DNA of 64,000 nt from Marsupella aquatica. Taxonomy: Eukaryota; Plantae; Marchantiophyta. Positions within the stretch are counted from its first letter, which is position 1. Every line of letters begins with the position of its first letter. Both the position numbers and the translations under genes were made by a program. Below are positions 24,384 to 38,190 of this stretch, piece by piece. Below the pieces are notes generated by a model. That model was not told the DNA's origin and ran no database searches. It saw only the letters and a list, made by a program, of their open reading frames with translations. The stretch covers positions 20,595,292-20,659,291 of the forward strand of contig OZ316898.1 of the NCBI GenBank assembly GCA_973895155.1, given 5' to 3'.

Positions 24384-25743
24384 AGAGGTCCCTTCCAAAA
24401 TTCCTGGCACCACAGCGTGCCACGTCAACAACAACCGCAACAAACAAGACTCGTTGGTTTTGTGAATCAAATTATAGTTTTCATTCGTGTTTTTGTCAAT
24501 TTGGGTGTAAATTTTGGGACGCCGTGCCATAAAAAGAAAAGTAAAAACATTGGAAATGCAAAGAACAAGACGGTTAAAACTGTCACTATGTAACCGTATA
24601 GTTACATTTCCAATTTTAAAACTTAAATTCAAAGATCTATAAAAAATATCTTTCATATAATAAATAATGACTAATAACTAACTTCATAACTTCCTTGTTA
24701 AACCGCAACTCCCGATATGTAAGGACCTCTCGTATTGTACGGCCATTAGTGCTGGGAAGAGCACATAGAAACCTATCGGGGAGGAGGAATGGCTGGAATC
24801 TTGAAAGTTCATCAAATTTTATACTCAAAAATATTTACTCATTCTCAAAACAAAAAATACCTAGTCGTAGATCTCATTGAGATCTTTCTTTTGCACCCTA
24901 GATCGCCTTCTAACATGGATGAATAAGATTTCTAGAGGCATTACAAAATGGACGGCAAAGATTGTAAAATCAACAAAATCAACGGCTAGGAAGGCTTGGA
25001 TTTGTTTAATTTTTCATTTGAAAAATATAACCCATTTGAAAAACTGACAGAACCCATCCATAGATCTATTTGAGATCTTTCTTATGAGCCATAGATTGGC
25101 CATTATGATGGACGGACGAGATTTCCGGAGATAAGAAATGGAGACGGCTCAGATCTACTCTTCCCCCTGATTTTATTAGCCAAGGGGTCCACGAACTAAT
25201 TTTTTCATATGTTAGCTGCTGATATATATTTGTGTTAGTCCTAGCAAGGCCAAGTGGAAGGGGGGGTTGGGGGGCAAGGGGAACCGAGACCTTTGCCAGG
25301 CACGTGTGATTGTACAACGTACCTAGTAAGAATCTCTAACAAAGTGCTCATAGGCATGGCTCGAAGCATCAGCTTTACAGAAGAGAAGCAACACAACATA
25401 GTTTGGAGATTGTTTACAGACCACATGAGAGGTCCCCTCCAAAATTCCTGACACCAGAGCGTGCCACATTGATCAACAACAATTGCAACAAACAAAACTC
25501 ATTAGTTTTGTGAATCAAACTTACAGTTTTCATTCATGTTTGTGTCAATTTGGGTGTATTTTGGGACGCCATGCCATAAAAAGAAATGTAAAAAAGTAGA
25601 AATGCAAAGATCAAGACGGGTAAAACTATCACTATGTAACCGTTTTAGTTACGTATCCAATTTTAAAAATTAATTCAAAGATTGAAAAACAAATTCATAT
25701 AATAAGCAATGACTAATAACTAACTTCATAACTTCGTTGATAA
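24384..25743. repeat. Diverged direct repeat pair of about 315 bp (24384-24700 and 25428-25743)
   Basis: Both copies run GAGGTCCC.TCCAAAATTCCTG...TTTGTGAATCAAA...TCACTATGTAACCG...ATGACTAATAACTAACTTCATAACTTC. Confidence 0.8.
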
Positions 25744-27132
25744 AGGGTAATTGGCACCTTGAGTAAGATTCCGGCCTATTACAAATAAGGCAAACTGCTA
25801 GCTATGGTCCAAACTTGAACTCAATGAACTGATCAAATCCGTGGCAAGTCCATTTGAAATCAGGTCAATGTCTGATCAAATGAATTGTATCAAATGGGCT
25901 TGCCACTGTTGCATATAGCACAAAGGCCTGATTTTGACAACTGCTTGTGATAACCACACTATCGACTTCGGCCTGCAAAGCAAAAAGTGGCGGTTGAAGG
26001 AATGCCAAACTGCTCAGGCCATCGTTGAATGGGTCCACAACAATTTTGTGAGAAAATGTAATCGAAACAATGCAAAGTGTAAAATCTGTCCTACTTGTCC
26101 AACACAACATGACTACCAACTTCCCTTCCTAATCAGACTTCTCTATTCTTTACGCTTAAGCTTTGCCCTTCTCCATTTGGTGAATAGTTGCGTCAAGGTC
26201 ATGAGACTATTAACCTCATAATTCTAAACTTGTCAAAGTTAGACTGCAGTGAAATCTCCATAATTTCCAATTATTTGAAAGTACATTGACGAATCTTCTA
26301 CAAATTAACAGGACTCGGCAACTAGAAAGCTTAGGGTTAGTTGTTGAGAAAAGCAGTCTTCTTAATTGATCTTGAGAAAGTAGTTTTCTCAACTCAAATT
26401 GAGTGTCCATGGCACTTTAGTGATCAAATATAGTGTCATCCAATGCCCAATCAACTAACTAAAAAAAATTGTGCCTTGTGTTTATTAATGTTCTAAAATT
26501 AGCTAAAATATCTCATATATCTTAAGTGTCTTAATGCATGCTAGCAGAGCATTATGAACCATATTAGCCTCTCAAAACTCAAGCTAAAAAGCCCTCATTT
26601 TAATGTCATTATGAAGACTATTGCAAAATCACATTTGGATGAGGTAATTTAAATCCTATATTTTCACTAAAATTTGTAAAACTATCTCAGCATAATAAGG
26701 TGTGTTACCAGATCATTTTGGACCATAATAGACTCACACAGCTTGAGCTAAGCTAATATTACATACATTATTTTTACTCAAACAAGGCCTAAAAAATGTA
26801 GCCAGGGGGTCAGGAACTAATTTATCATTTGTATTGAGGTCAGGCTTTCCATAAGAGCAGAAGCACAACATGGTTTGCAGATTACCTATCCTTTTTGGAT
26901 TTTGCTCTGGCCCTGATTTGGTGTTGTGACATCTTGATAATTCAGGTTTGAGAGGACAAGTTCTTAAATCACATCGTGATGCGATCTAAGAAATTATTCG
27001 ACTGGAGGTTTCCACATTTTTTAGAAATCTTTACGACCCTTGATTTTCTGACACGCACTATCTGCACTTTGTAGCCTTCGATTATCATTTTCAGTTATTG
27101 GTCTGGTAATCTCTTGTTGTCCAGTCCATAGG

Positions 27133-28325
27133 TGTGGGAAACGTGTTCTCTCCATAAGGCTGGGTTTATGGAAAGTCTCGATGGGGACCTATGGGAAACG
27201 TGTGCTCTCCATAAGGCTGGGTTTATGGAAAGTCTCCATGGGGCTGAAATCTTCAGGGTCTCGAATTGAGTCTCATGGGCGCTCTATTTCGATTCTTTGC
27301 ACTCACTGTTCACACGGACGACATAAATCGCGTCAGAAATGATTACAAGGCAAAATGCATATCGTCATGACTTTTCACCTTTAGGCAAATTGGTTCACAA
27401 GACGACTTCAGAATTCCATTCACTTGAGCAAGGGCTTCCATTTGTCATCACTCATACGCATTAACAATGCATAATTCCCCATCCTAAGCGTCAGGGTGAA
27501 TAAACTCACAGTCCACCGGCCAGAGAAGACACTGTGGACCATCATTTCGTAGAAATCGATGAAGCAAAGTGATGGTCAAAACCAAATCCATGAATTGTTG
27601 TGCACAATCTTGATTGAACATGTACACAGGAGCAAACACTACCTTGTATACAAAATTGTGCTGGAAATCTCAATCTACTACGTCAAGCTGAAGTGCCATC
27701 CCCTGTGCCAAATGGGAAACCAAATCTTTCTGGCCAAGCCGAGGGCAGGATGCAAACGTACGCCATGAGGAAATCTAGATGCGTAGCAAAATTTCAATGG
27801 ACCATTTGGGAAGGGATTGCTAGACGGACCCGGGTGAAGGAGATGAACGACCGGTGGTAAAGAACCTGGACGCTTTTTACAAAACACTTTGCTATAGAAC
27901 TAATGGCAAGACTTCCGTGTCCACGCACAGGGTCTTCGTTGTGGTGGGAAGGATAAACGGGACGAGCACAACTCATCTTTGTCCATAAGAGTGAAAGAAA
28001 ATCAAACCGAACGAACTCATTACGCCCAAAAGTTCATGACCTCGTTTACGATCCCCGGACGAAAATAAAACCGAACAAACTCACACTGCTCAAAAGTTCA
28101 CGACCTCGTTTACGATCACCAAAAAGAATTGAGTTCTGATATATACACAATCCATACCCAATTGGGGCAAGGGACAGACACTAACAGATGGCAAACATTA
28201 TTGTGATGGAATGATGAATGGATGAATGGTTGAAAGCTAACGTAAAATCTTATTGTAAAGGAATGATGAATGGATGAATGCTAACGTAAAATCTTATTGT
28301 AAAGGAATGGTGAATGGATGAATTC
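27133..28325. repeat. Cluster of short local tandem duplications
   Basis: About 55 bp x2 at about 27135-27243 (GGGAAACGTG...TCCATAAGGCTGGGTTTATGGAAAGTCTC). About 63 bp x2 at about 28003-28118. About 40-50 bp x2.5 at about 28208-28322. Confidence 0.7.
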
Positions 28326-29373
28326 TAGCTTAAAATATAGGCAACCTTTCAAGCTGGAATAATAATTTAAAATAACTGCACAGGGGATGGTGTGCCCCCA
28401 CACATTGTTCAGTTCTGGTGACTTGCAACCTTGGGACTGCCTCTAGTTGGTCGTTGATCACTCAGCTCCACTCCTTGAATATCACTGGTCGTGGGAGTCG
28501 TTTTGACACTGCACCCAATTCACAAAGCTAGTCAGTATCCATGTCGGCAACCTGAAAACGTCATGGAACCGAACAATACATCATCATACATAGGATGCAC
28601 TGCAAGGGACAAACAACTGAGAGAATATGCGTAGAAATGCCAAATTCCATCCAGTGTATGGGAGCGACAGCTAAAGATGTCAACAAGACAATAGCGAGGA
28701 TTACGGTGGAAGCAAATGACCCAAAGCGCACGGTTCATCACTAAATCGGCAAAGCATTGCAATACACTACTGATAAAAGTAGTAATCAGAGGTGAGGGTG
28801 CCACAACCAAGAATTCCAACATATTCCACTCCAGTTGATGGAAGCAAACAAGCATCAAAACGATAATCATGGTGAGGAAACAATCAACAGGTGTGGGACT
28901 CCAAGCACTAGCTGCGGATGCTAACATCCACGAGACAGGAGACGATGGAGAAACCTGGTAAACATGGAGGTATAATTCTCCATAATATATCTTTCTTTGC
29001 CTTCAGGCTCAAATTACAGTCGTGAAGTAAAACCCTGGCTACAATGATTTCTCGGGTATATCTTATATACAAGGGCTCCACTGAGAAGAAACTTGGAGCT
29101 CGCATACTACTGCGCCTGCTAGATTTGGGCGGGTCGATGCCGATGGAGAGCCTTGAATGCCCACCGGGGAGTTTTAAAACTGCCCATAGATGTCCATTAC
29201 TATGTTTGAAAAGCAATGCCTTGGGATCACGGCTTGCTATACTTCCAATTACGCATGATATTTAAGAAGCTCAAGTTTCCATACTCCATCCTTTTCAACG
29301 CTCAAGCAGCATGTGTGCACACACTAAACCCAACTGGGCATCAATGCTAAAGCAGATCCACTGTGTAGATCAT

Positions 29374-32300
29374 TTACTTGAAATAGGCTTCAATTTCCTC
29401 CAATGTTCGTCCCCGAGTCTCAGGAACAAGTAGTGCGACAAATAATACCGTAAGGCCACATTCAGCCGAGAACAACCAGAATGATCCTGCACAAGCGCCA
29501 AGCAACAAAACTGATTAACATGAACTGGGCTGAAGAGCTTCGACGTTACACACCCCAGCATTGCTTTCAATACCCCACCACGCAGAGGAATAAAGTTAAA
29601 TCTCTCGTAGTTTAATTACGAACTCCAAGAGCCCAGTTCCAGAAGGGCTTCATTAGGCATCTCCCAGATGGTACACTAGGCCATTGAGAACGCAGGCGCC
29701 ACGCACCGTCAATTCGGAACCAGCGAGGCCGCGAAGGGTGGGCTAGAGAACTACCATGCCAAGGCAAGGATAGGATAGGACTACAGTTCTGCCTTCACTG
29801 TGACAAGAAGAACATCATGCAGGATGGGTAAACTTATTCGTACCTGCAGAGCTCCACAGCAAAAGGAAGTTGAAACCCATGGTCACTCCCCAAGAACTAG
29901 ACCAGTTCACCAGTGTCGCTAGACTCCCAGCGATACCCCTCACATTTGCGGGAAATACCTGCATGCGAAATAAGCATTTAGAATCCTGTGCCCGGCCAAT
30001 CTATGCTCCTGATGGAAAAGGTCATAAGACGAACATTTGACCTCTAAACACGACTTGCAATACAGCACAGTGAGAGTCAGAGTACATGATGCAAGGAAGA
30101 AAGACGGATGCGAGAGAAGCTAACGCACCTCTGACATTAGGATCCATGGAATAGCTCCCATCCCAAGCGAAAAAGATATGAGGTACACCTGCCATAGAAA
30201 ACAAAACTTTATTGACTGCAGCAATGAAAAATACCAAGAAAAGAAAATCCATGAGTGCTTCTCAGGCAGATCTTGATAGGAGTTAAAACATCTCTAGGTA
30301 AGAACCGCGAAGATTCAAACAGTAGAAGATATCCCAGATATTAAGCAACTCACCAGCAAACTCGTCAGAGACAGCATGCTGATAAAAGTGTCCATGCCAG
30401 ATGGATAGTGCAATGCATCCTGCAACCAAGAAAATTACTTGAGATCGGTGATAGGGCACTTCGTCATACCGGTCTTCAAAATGAGTGCCTCAAAAGAGAA
30501 AACGCTGGATATGAAAGTGGAAACGAAAGAACCATGACTGCCAGCTGTAAACGCAAAAGTGCCTACAAAAAATACCTTCGCATAGAAGGAAAAGCCCACA
30601 AGGAACGAAGTGATGGCCATTCCTCCAGCAGAGATCTGCACAGTGTTACATAAGATTATACATGAGCTAACCTGTACAACATTCACACACGGGAATGACA
30701 TCTAGATCACTGATTGTCTTTTTGAAAAACCAGCGGCAATTTCAGCATTTTAAGTCAGGCTTGCTGATTTTCAGTCCCGCTTCCACGCGATGGACAAATC
30801 CCGCCAGAATTTTGCCGATGGTACGAGAATGAAGCGATAACGAAAACTAATTTAGTCGCTTCATTCTCACAACCGTTATTTACACAGCTCAGTCAAGGCA
30901 CGGCACTTTCCGGGATGGTCACCAGTTTTTTTACCATCAGCAGAAGGCGTCTTCCTGCCTTGTCCATCAAGCCAGCTGCAACGCCTGTCATTATGACCTG
31001 TCAAGAGCCAAGATATTGCGCAATCAGCAAGATCTAATTTCCAAAAACCTAATGCCATCAACATCACAGCAATAAAAAGAGGATCGCAAGGGAAAGGAAA
31101 AACACCTATTTGAGTATAATAGTATGAAAAATGTCTATGATGATGTTTGGACAAATATATATAATCCACATTATAGAGTAAATAGTTTCTTCCATCGATT
31201 GGATTTCTGCTTTTGCGGACAACCCATCCATGAAATTTCTAAGACCAGTATTTGGCGCCAAGGCTGAAACCGATTGCTTATAGCAGGCCATGCAATAATT
31301 TCCGTTTGACCTTTAGACAGGAAGACAACGAGTACGCAGCATCATGAACAAGAGCTCTGGACAAACCTGAATTAAACCCAGACCAAATGCACCAATGTTC
31401 GGGTTTGTCAATCCTGCAGAGAAACGAAACACAGTCCATCAATTTCGGCAGAGAAATCACCGGGCACAACCTTCTTACCCTTATTCAAAGACTAAAACTT
31501 AACCTCTGCGTCACGAACAAGACGGAAATCCAAGAAAGCAAATAAATCAGTGGTTCGTTACCTGCAGACTGGAGAATGGCGCTTGAATAGAACATGATAG
31601 CATTGATCCCAGAAAACTGTTGCAGAACTTGAAGACCGACCCCAATCTGGGAACAAATGAAAACCACGTTTCATTTTAGAGGAATCAAATTTGGCAAGTT
31701 GGACCAAATTGTTAAATTTCACCAGTAATCTAAGATGTCTCAATAGACTTATGTCAAACAGCAGTAATAGCGAAATGTGGATAGAGCACTTGGTATAAAA
31801 GGTGGAATAGTAAAAAGCGGAAGGTGATGGAATTGAATATGACGTACCAAAAGTGGGCGGAAGACTCTTCGTTCACCTAAGTCGGAAAATTTAGGTGCTG
31901 GCTGCAACTTTGCCTCCTCAACAGCAGACTGAAGCATAATAATTGCGGAATTACAAACGGAGGTAAAAGTCAATTTACATGAACAGAACTACTAACGGTT
32001 TAAGCACGTCGATATTACATCATTTTCTAGGTTCGCTGAGTTCTTCGTGGGGTCAAAGATTCATTCGCGTCGAGTGCCATCAGATCTTAAGATTAAATCA
32101 AGTGAAAACTTCAAAGATCCAGTATTCAGAGAGCCATTCTATGGGACTGCACAATTTTGTTAGAATACATTTATCGAAGCAATCAGGAGGAGATCTTTGC
32201 TACCTTAATATCGTACAGCTCGCCAGATATATCATAGTCTTTTCCTCGAAGCGACTGTAGAGCGGATACTAGTTCATCGTCATGCCCACCAACGTTCGCC

Positions 32301-34828
32301 TGGGTGACAAGAGAAACCGTGGCTGTCAGCATACGAAATCATCCCTACAGTAATCAAGACAGTGCAGAAGAACAATTATCCAAGATAGTTGGATTTTGGT
32401 GAGATATATTTGGTAACCAGATCCACCCACCATCGACGAACATAATGATCAAAACGATTTTCGACATTTGAACATGGAATATGGCACATACCAGCCAGCG
32501 AGGAGATTCTGGAATGAAAACGAGTCCAATCATCAGGAAGGAGCAGGGAATAACTCCTGCACATGGTGGGAATTGTTTTTTTGGGTTAGTTCAAATGAGA
32601 CGTCGGATGTTGAATTAAGGGTCCAATGATTTGAAAGTATACCGAACAGCATCTGGACACTGTTACATTCTTCTTTCTTCACCAATCCAACTAACAAGAA
32701 AATTACTGTAGAGAAACTACTATTCAAACCAGGTTGGCGAATGGAATATCTCTTCGTGAAACATATCCATCTAGTAACCAACATGATGAATTTCGACGTA
32801 ACGTAAACTTCGTAGATGACACAAACGGGAAAGAAGCACACTGATTAATTCGATCCTGCCTACAAAGTCTCCAAAAATTGGGCCCTTTACCTGCTGCAGC
32901 AAGCATGCGCCAGTCAAGAAACAATCCTCCAAAATAGGCCAGCACAATACCAATGGTCACAGCAAGCTGCACAAACAACAGAGTGTCACGACTCGATTTC
33001 CATGTAGTACTGCCTCCAAACTCGAAGAGTGAGAAACGCCTCGAAGGTTCTCTCCATACAACAAGCCTCACGGCCAGGAAGGTGCAACAGCTCACCTGAT
33101 TCACCGTTCCGAGGGTTCCGCGTAATTGCTTTGGCGCAATCTCGGCAATGTAGACGGGGACCTGGGAAAATGAGAACACCGTTGAAACAACAAACAAATC
33201 AGAAAAACATATACAAAAACAACCTACCTCTCCAAGAAAGCAGAAGTCTGTCATCTCAGATTTTAAAACATGAGCTTTTAAAGACATGCAAGATTTGCCC
33301 AACTAAAACTTACCGCAAAAGAGATTATACCAACTCCAACGCCAACCAAGAATCTGGAGACGTAGAGGCCATGTGCACTCTGCACCGAAAAGGCAGCCAG
33401 GTGTCAGATAAATGTCAAATTTAGAGAAAAAAGATGGCAACATCAAAACATACGATTGTTTCTAAACTATGGAATGAACCAAGTGTTTTGTCAAGTCGAG
33501 TCAGCTTAGAAGCCATTCCACGAGATCACATTGAAAGTCTCCTTCCTACTACTTGTCAGGTTAGAAAGTGGAGACCTGACAGAATGCAGTCAGCACCCAG
33601 CCAATGATGTGAGGGATTGACGCAATAATCAAAGCCTGTATCAACACATCAACAGTTCCGGGACGATACATATCAGGTTTGACACACTCGTTGCAAAACT
33701 CTGTTAGACAACTAAGACAAATAAGCACAGTAACATTCAGCGTCTTCCTCGGAAATACTGCACGGTGCTTGAATTCTTTGCGGACAAAGGGTTCTTACCC
33801 CTTTACGTCCCGCGTAATCAGCGACCTTTCCGCTTAACACGGCGCCAAGCATTGCTCCCAAATTCACCAATGAACCAAAGAAGGAAAACTGGCACGACAC
33901 GGAACGGAAACTCAAATGCGTCAGAAGCAATCTCAAACGACGAAGTCCCATGGAAAGAACAGGCTGACGAACCCAAACGAGACGTAATCGTCAAACTGCA
34001 TACCTGAGATAACGTGAGGTTCAGGGACTTAATTACACTGTCCTGAATTGGTGACGAATATCCAAGCTGCACAACACCATCAATGACGGCCAAATCACGA
34101 TCCAGGTTAGGGGACATTACTAAATGACTCACACCAGCAACATGCAAATGGAAATGTAAACCGACCGGCTGTAGAAAGGCTACTCTGATTTGTTGGGCTT
34201 TGTACACCTTTCAGCTGTTATTGCAGGCCACAAAGACCCATTCTCCCCCCAGAGAACAACTTTGACAATTCGGCCAAAAGTTACTGTTGGATCATAACAT
34301 GTGCATTAACATCCGGATCGTCACTCATAGCCGATCTACTACGGCTGCCGCCGGCCGGATGCGGTCATCGGCTGTGGGTTACCTCACTAATAGAAGTAAG
34401 CAACCACTCAGTGCAACAAGGACACTCTTCCCAATCGAAATGATTTGACAATCCAGCTACGGGTTCGCTTCCTTAGATCCAGGAAGCAAAGCGACTAGAA
34501 TTTGGAATGAGCATAACAAGGATAGACTCCATCAGATCTGTTGTCCGGCAAATCGGCTCATTATTCTAGATTGCAGAAACGGCAGAAGTAAACAGAGACC
34601 GACTCCACCGGATCCACAGGTTTGACTTTTCAATTGCACAGTCCATTTCAGTCTAAGGGGAAAACTCACCGAGAAGCCAAAAGAGACAGGACCAAGAGCC
34701 ACCAAGGCCGTGCACAGAATGGCGAATCCATTAGACCCATTCTTCCCTTTCTTCTTGTGAGTACCCAAGAGCGGCTGCTTCGATTTTTGATCCGCCTTGA
34801 CGCTGCTCCCCTCGCCCCCAGTTCCCAT
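29374..34828 (-). CDS. ERD6-like MFS sugar transporter, 18 coding exons
   Basis: GT-AG exons: 34670-34828, 34004-34066, 33799-33888, 33576-33635, 33314-33379, 33096-33161, 32891-32966, 32492-32556, 32204-32299, 31848-31928, 31562-31646, 31367-31413, 30935-30997, 30576-30635, 30354-30419, 30129-30188, 29844-29958, 29374-29486. Motifs: [67 protein letters not shown]-terminal dileucine-like QPLL. Confidence 0.92.
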
Positions 34829-37800
34829 GTTTCTTCTCACCGTCTCGTCCTGAGCAGCATCCAAGAACACAATGCTCAGTTTCTTCTTCTCCTCCTCTTC
34901 TCCTCGTTTCTCTATAGTCACCTCTTCTCTCCTGAACCCGAACCACGCCTGCTGACGCGCAAATTCCAACTGAAGATTTATATTGAGATAATAATCCGCT
35001 TGGAGAATTGGACTTACAGAGCGCACAATCCTTTCAATTGCTCAGGTCAGCACGTCTTCCTTCTGATGGAAGCAGCTCTCCCAAAGCGTGTTCCAAGTAC
35101 TCACGCACGGTCTTCCCTCCCGGCAGGGCGACAGAAGGCCGGGCCGGCAACGAAGAGAGAAGTGAAGAGAAGCGAAGGAGGTTGCGTCCCTCTTAACTTA
35201 ATCACTCCACCTCAGCAGTGAATACCAACCCAGAGATCGCATATAATTCCTCTGTAGTTCCCGAAAGCCAGACCTTCCTCTAAAATAGTGTTGCATTACC
35301 CCCTTCCGGTCTCCCAGAGACAGAGCGGAAGGAAAACGGGAGCAAAGGCGGTGCAGGGGCAACCGAGTCAGCGAGCTTATCTCCCAGCTCAGTCACAGTA
35401 TTATTCACCTCGTCCTTCCCAGGAATCCCAGCACGAAATAGGTAGTAATCTTCCGTCCTAACAGTTAAGCCCCCGCCCTCTCCTCCTTGTGAGGATGCGA
35501 AGCCAAATTGTTCCGAAACACAATGCTAAATACAATAACAGACCAAGCCTGTAGAAGTGGAAACAGAACAACCTTTATAGCTCCCGAGATTTCACCTCCT
35601 GTCCTTGAGAGTGCGTAGTGGAGACCGCTCGAGAGCCAAAACCTTTCACCTCCTCTCCTGGAGAATAGTGGGGAATGCTCAAAAGAGCCAAACACTGTCC
35701 TGGAGACTGCTCAAGTGCCACAAACGCAGGGTGTCAGTCAATATAGTGAGGGACCCAGACAGATCCCAGACCTGATGTCTGGGTCCGATTTGATCTGATG
35801 ACTTTTTCTGCTCTGGGCCGGGGCACGGCACTGTTGGGATCCGGAAGAAGCTTTTGCTGAGTTGTGCGGTGTTGCTGTTCCTGCTGTGGCCCAATTGACT
35901 CTAAACCTCTAATCAACTTCCTGTTTAGTTTGTTCGTCGTTATGGGCGCTTCTACTGTCGCTCCTCCGTGACTATGGTGTGATGATGTGACGATACTCTA
36001 CTCTACTCGATCCACGGAAGCAGTTGGTTTGTGCTGCATATAAGATTTTTTATTCGACGGCGGTGGTCGAGCGAGGCGTCCAGTTGCCTTGCCCACGGTC
36101 CATTCCAGGCCTCTACCATCGCCAGCGGGGCAGGAGAAGGACAACTATTCTCTTCCGTTCAATCTCGGCCCTCCTTTCCCTCCCACCATGCGGTCCCTCG
36201 TCGGACATGCAGCCTGGACCGTAGCATGTCTTCAAGCCGTGTCCGCTTCTTACACAAACGTGGAACTGTGTCTCCCTGTGCAGCAGTACAGTACTGAGAC
36301 GAAGTATCAATCTCACATCGGTGTGCCCCTCCGCTACTCGGCAAAAGCGCAAAAGTTGAGGCAGCTCTACTTTTCTGGTCTGAGGTTGCAGAATGTTGTT
36401 AATAATTTCAAGCGTGTACAGTACGCGCTCATCATCCTGGCGGTGGGCAAGAGGTTCGATGAAGATCTCTCCCATTTTGCGTGCGTCACCAACAACAACC
36501 ACCACTGCTGTGCTGTGGGCAACTGAGCGTCTGAGCGAGCTCGCAAACCTGAGCAGGCTAGGAGCAGAACGGAGGAGCGGAGGAGAGTGATTCACATCTA
36601 CATTGGGCGCCTAGGAGTGCATAAATTAATGCAAATTTTAATACGGCTGGACCTTGGTGGATGCCAGATTGCGCAAAAGCTTGACCGGCAAGAAAAAAAT
36701 TGAAGGACCGTGGTAGAGAATTACAGATCGTCCAATGGGGACCTCGATGCGGAACCAATGAGCTTGGAAACGTTGCCATGGCTTACGACAGGGTATGCTA
36801 AGGGCGGCTTTACAAGCGCTAGGGGGCACACATTTTTGACTAGTCACCCATTCCAAACGTGAGGTCCAGATTCAAAATGTGTCACGTCTCTCGAGAAAAT
36901 AAATGCAAGATTCGTGACGAGAAATGGACCAAGGGTCCATTGCTTTGACCGCAAGGCTGGTCTTAAGAGGTGGATTAAGGAAATGATCACAAAGCACGGC
37001 CACATCAAGAGAAAAAAGGGTAATGGGTTTGCCACTGTGCCCCAAGTTTGTGAGGGAAGTCTGTTTGGTTCCCACAATTCGGTGGTTGAGATTTCATCTC
37101 AGACACAGAAAAAATATCAGCCTCTGATTTCTTGTAGAGCCCCCCAAATTGTGGCTTCCATGCTCAAAATTCTAGACAAGAGCCTGAATGCCCAAGCTTT
37201 GCTCATAGATGGTGAGTTGTGTTTGTTGCTAGTTCCATGCCCAACTCTAGCCATGCCCCCATAGTCATTGCTTTGAGGATTCATCTAGACCATAGACCTT
37301 TATTCTAGCTTTGGATCACACTTTGTTGGATAAATGGGTCTTTTGCTTCCATCCTGGAAAATACAGGCACTAACCTAAAACACTATCATGTAGAGGTTGC
37401 CCAATTGTGCCAATAATCCTGGGAAACTACCTCGACAAAGTGTCATGTAGGAGTTGCCAGATTGTGCCAATTATCCTGACCTCGCTGGAGAATGGGAGTT
37501 AATGCCCACTTCATGAGCCACAATGGGCAACAAACAATTCTGATCCTGCTTGAAATCTTAAAATGGACCAAGGATGGTGAGATGTCCAACAGTCGCTCAC
37601 AATGAACACGATGGCTAGTGGCAAGGGGGTGAGAACAAATGCCAGAATATTCCTGGTACCAACCCGGTTACCAATTGAGCTTGCAAAAAACAGGATTACA
37701 AAAATTATTCAGGTGTGTTACTCATGTGCACCATGGCTATCCTCAACATTGACATTGGTAGAGCATAAGTTTTCATCTTAGACACCTTAATATCTATCTC

Positions 37801-37974
37801 CAAGAAGTCCTACCTGGAGAGGCTAGTGGTAATCATAGAAAAGCTGCCAAATTGAAAGTTGTAGTGCAAATGAGTCCATGTCTAAAATCTTTCAGGTGGT
37901 CTCCCTTTTAGCACCTGCGCATACCACAACCACACATTAGACACTTCAGAAATTATAAAGCCACTACCTACCAC

Positions 37975-38149
37975 TGTCGTGACATATAGTATCGTAGTCA
38001 TAGTGTATCGAAAACATACAAGTCACCGGCAATGCATATGTGCAAGTTGCTAGCAACCAACATCCTGAGAAAAAGTCCAATCACATTCACAAGTGCCAAG
38101 AAAAAGCAACTGAGGTGGTATGTACGTAGTGGAGGTGTAAACCTCTGTA
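37975..38149 (-). repeat. 3' LTR (about 175 bp) of the Gypsy element
   Basis: Follows the PPT and matches the solo copy at 17933-18106. Ends in CA on the minus strand and appears to start with TA. Confidence 0.7.
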
Positions 38150-38190
38150 TCCCCCCCCAGACCACAACCAAAAGGAGGGCTGAAGAAAAT

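Noticed and set aside
36089-36595. Overlapping 145-160-aa ORFs upstream of the transporter
   Set aside because: No recognisable motifs. Probably GC-rich promoter or noncoding sequence.
36597-36843. Possible mini-Helitron (A|TC...CTAG|T)
   Set aside because: The hairpin is weak and there is no second copy in the window. The end motifs could occur by chance.
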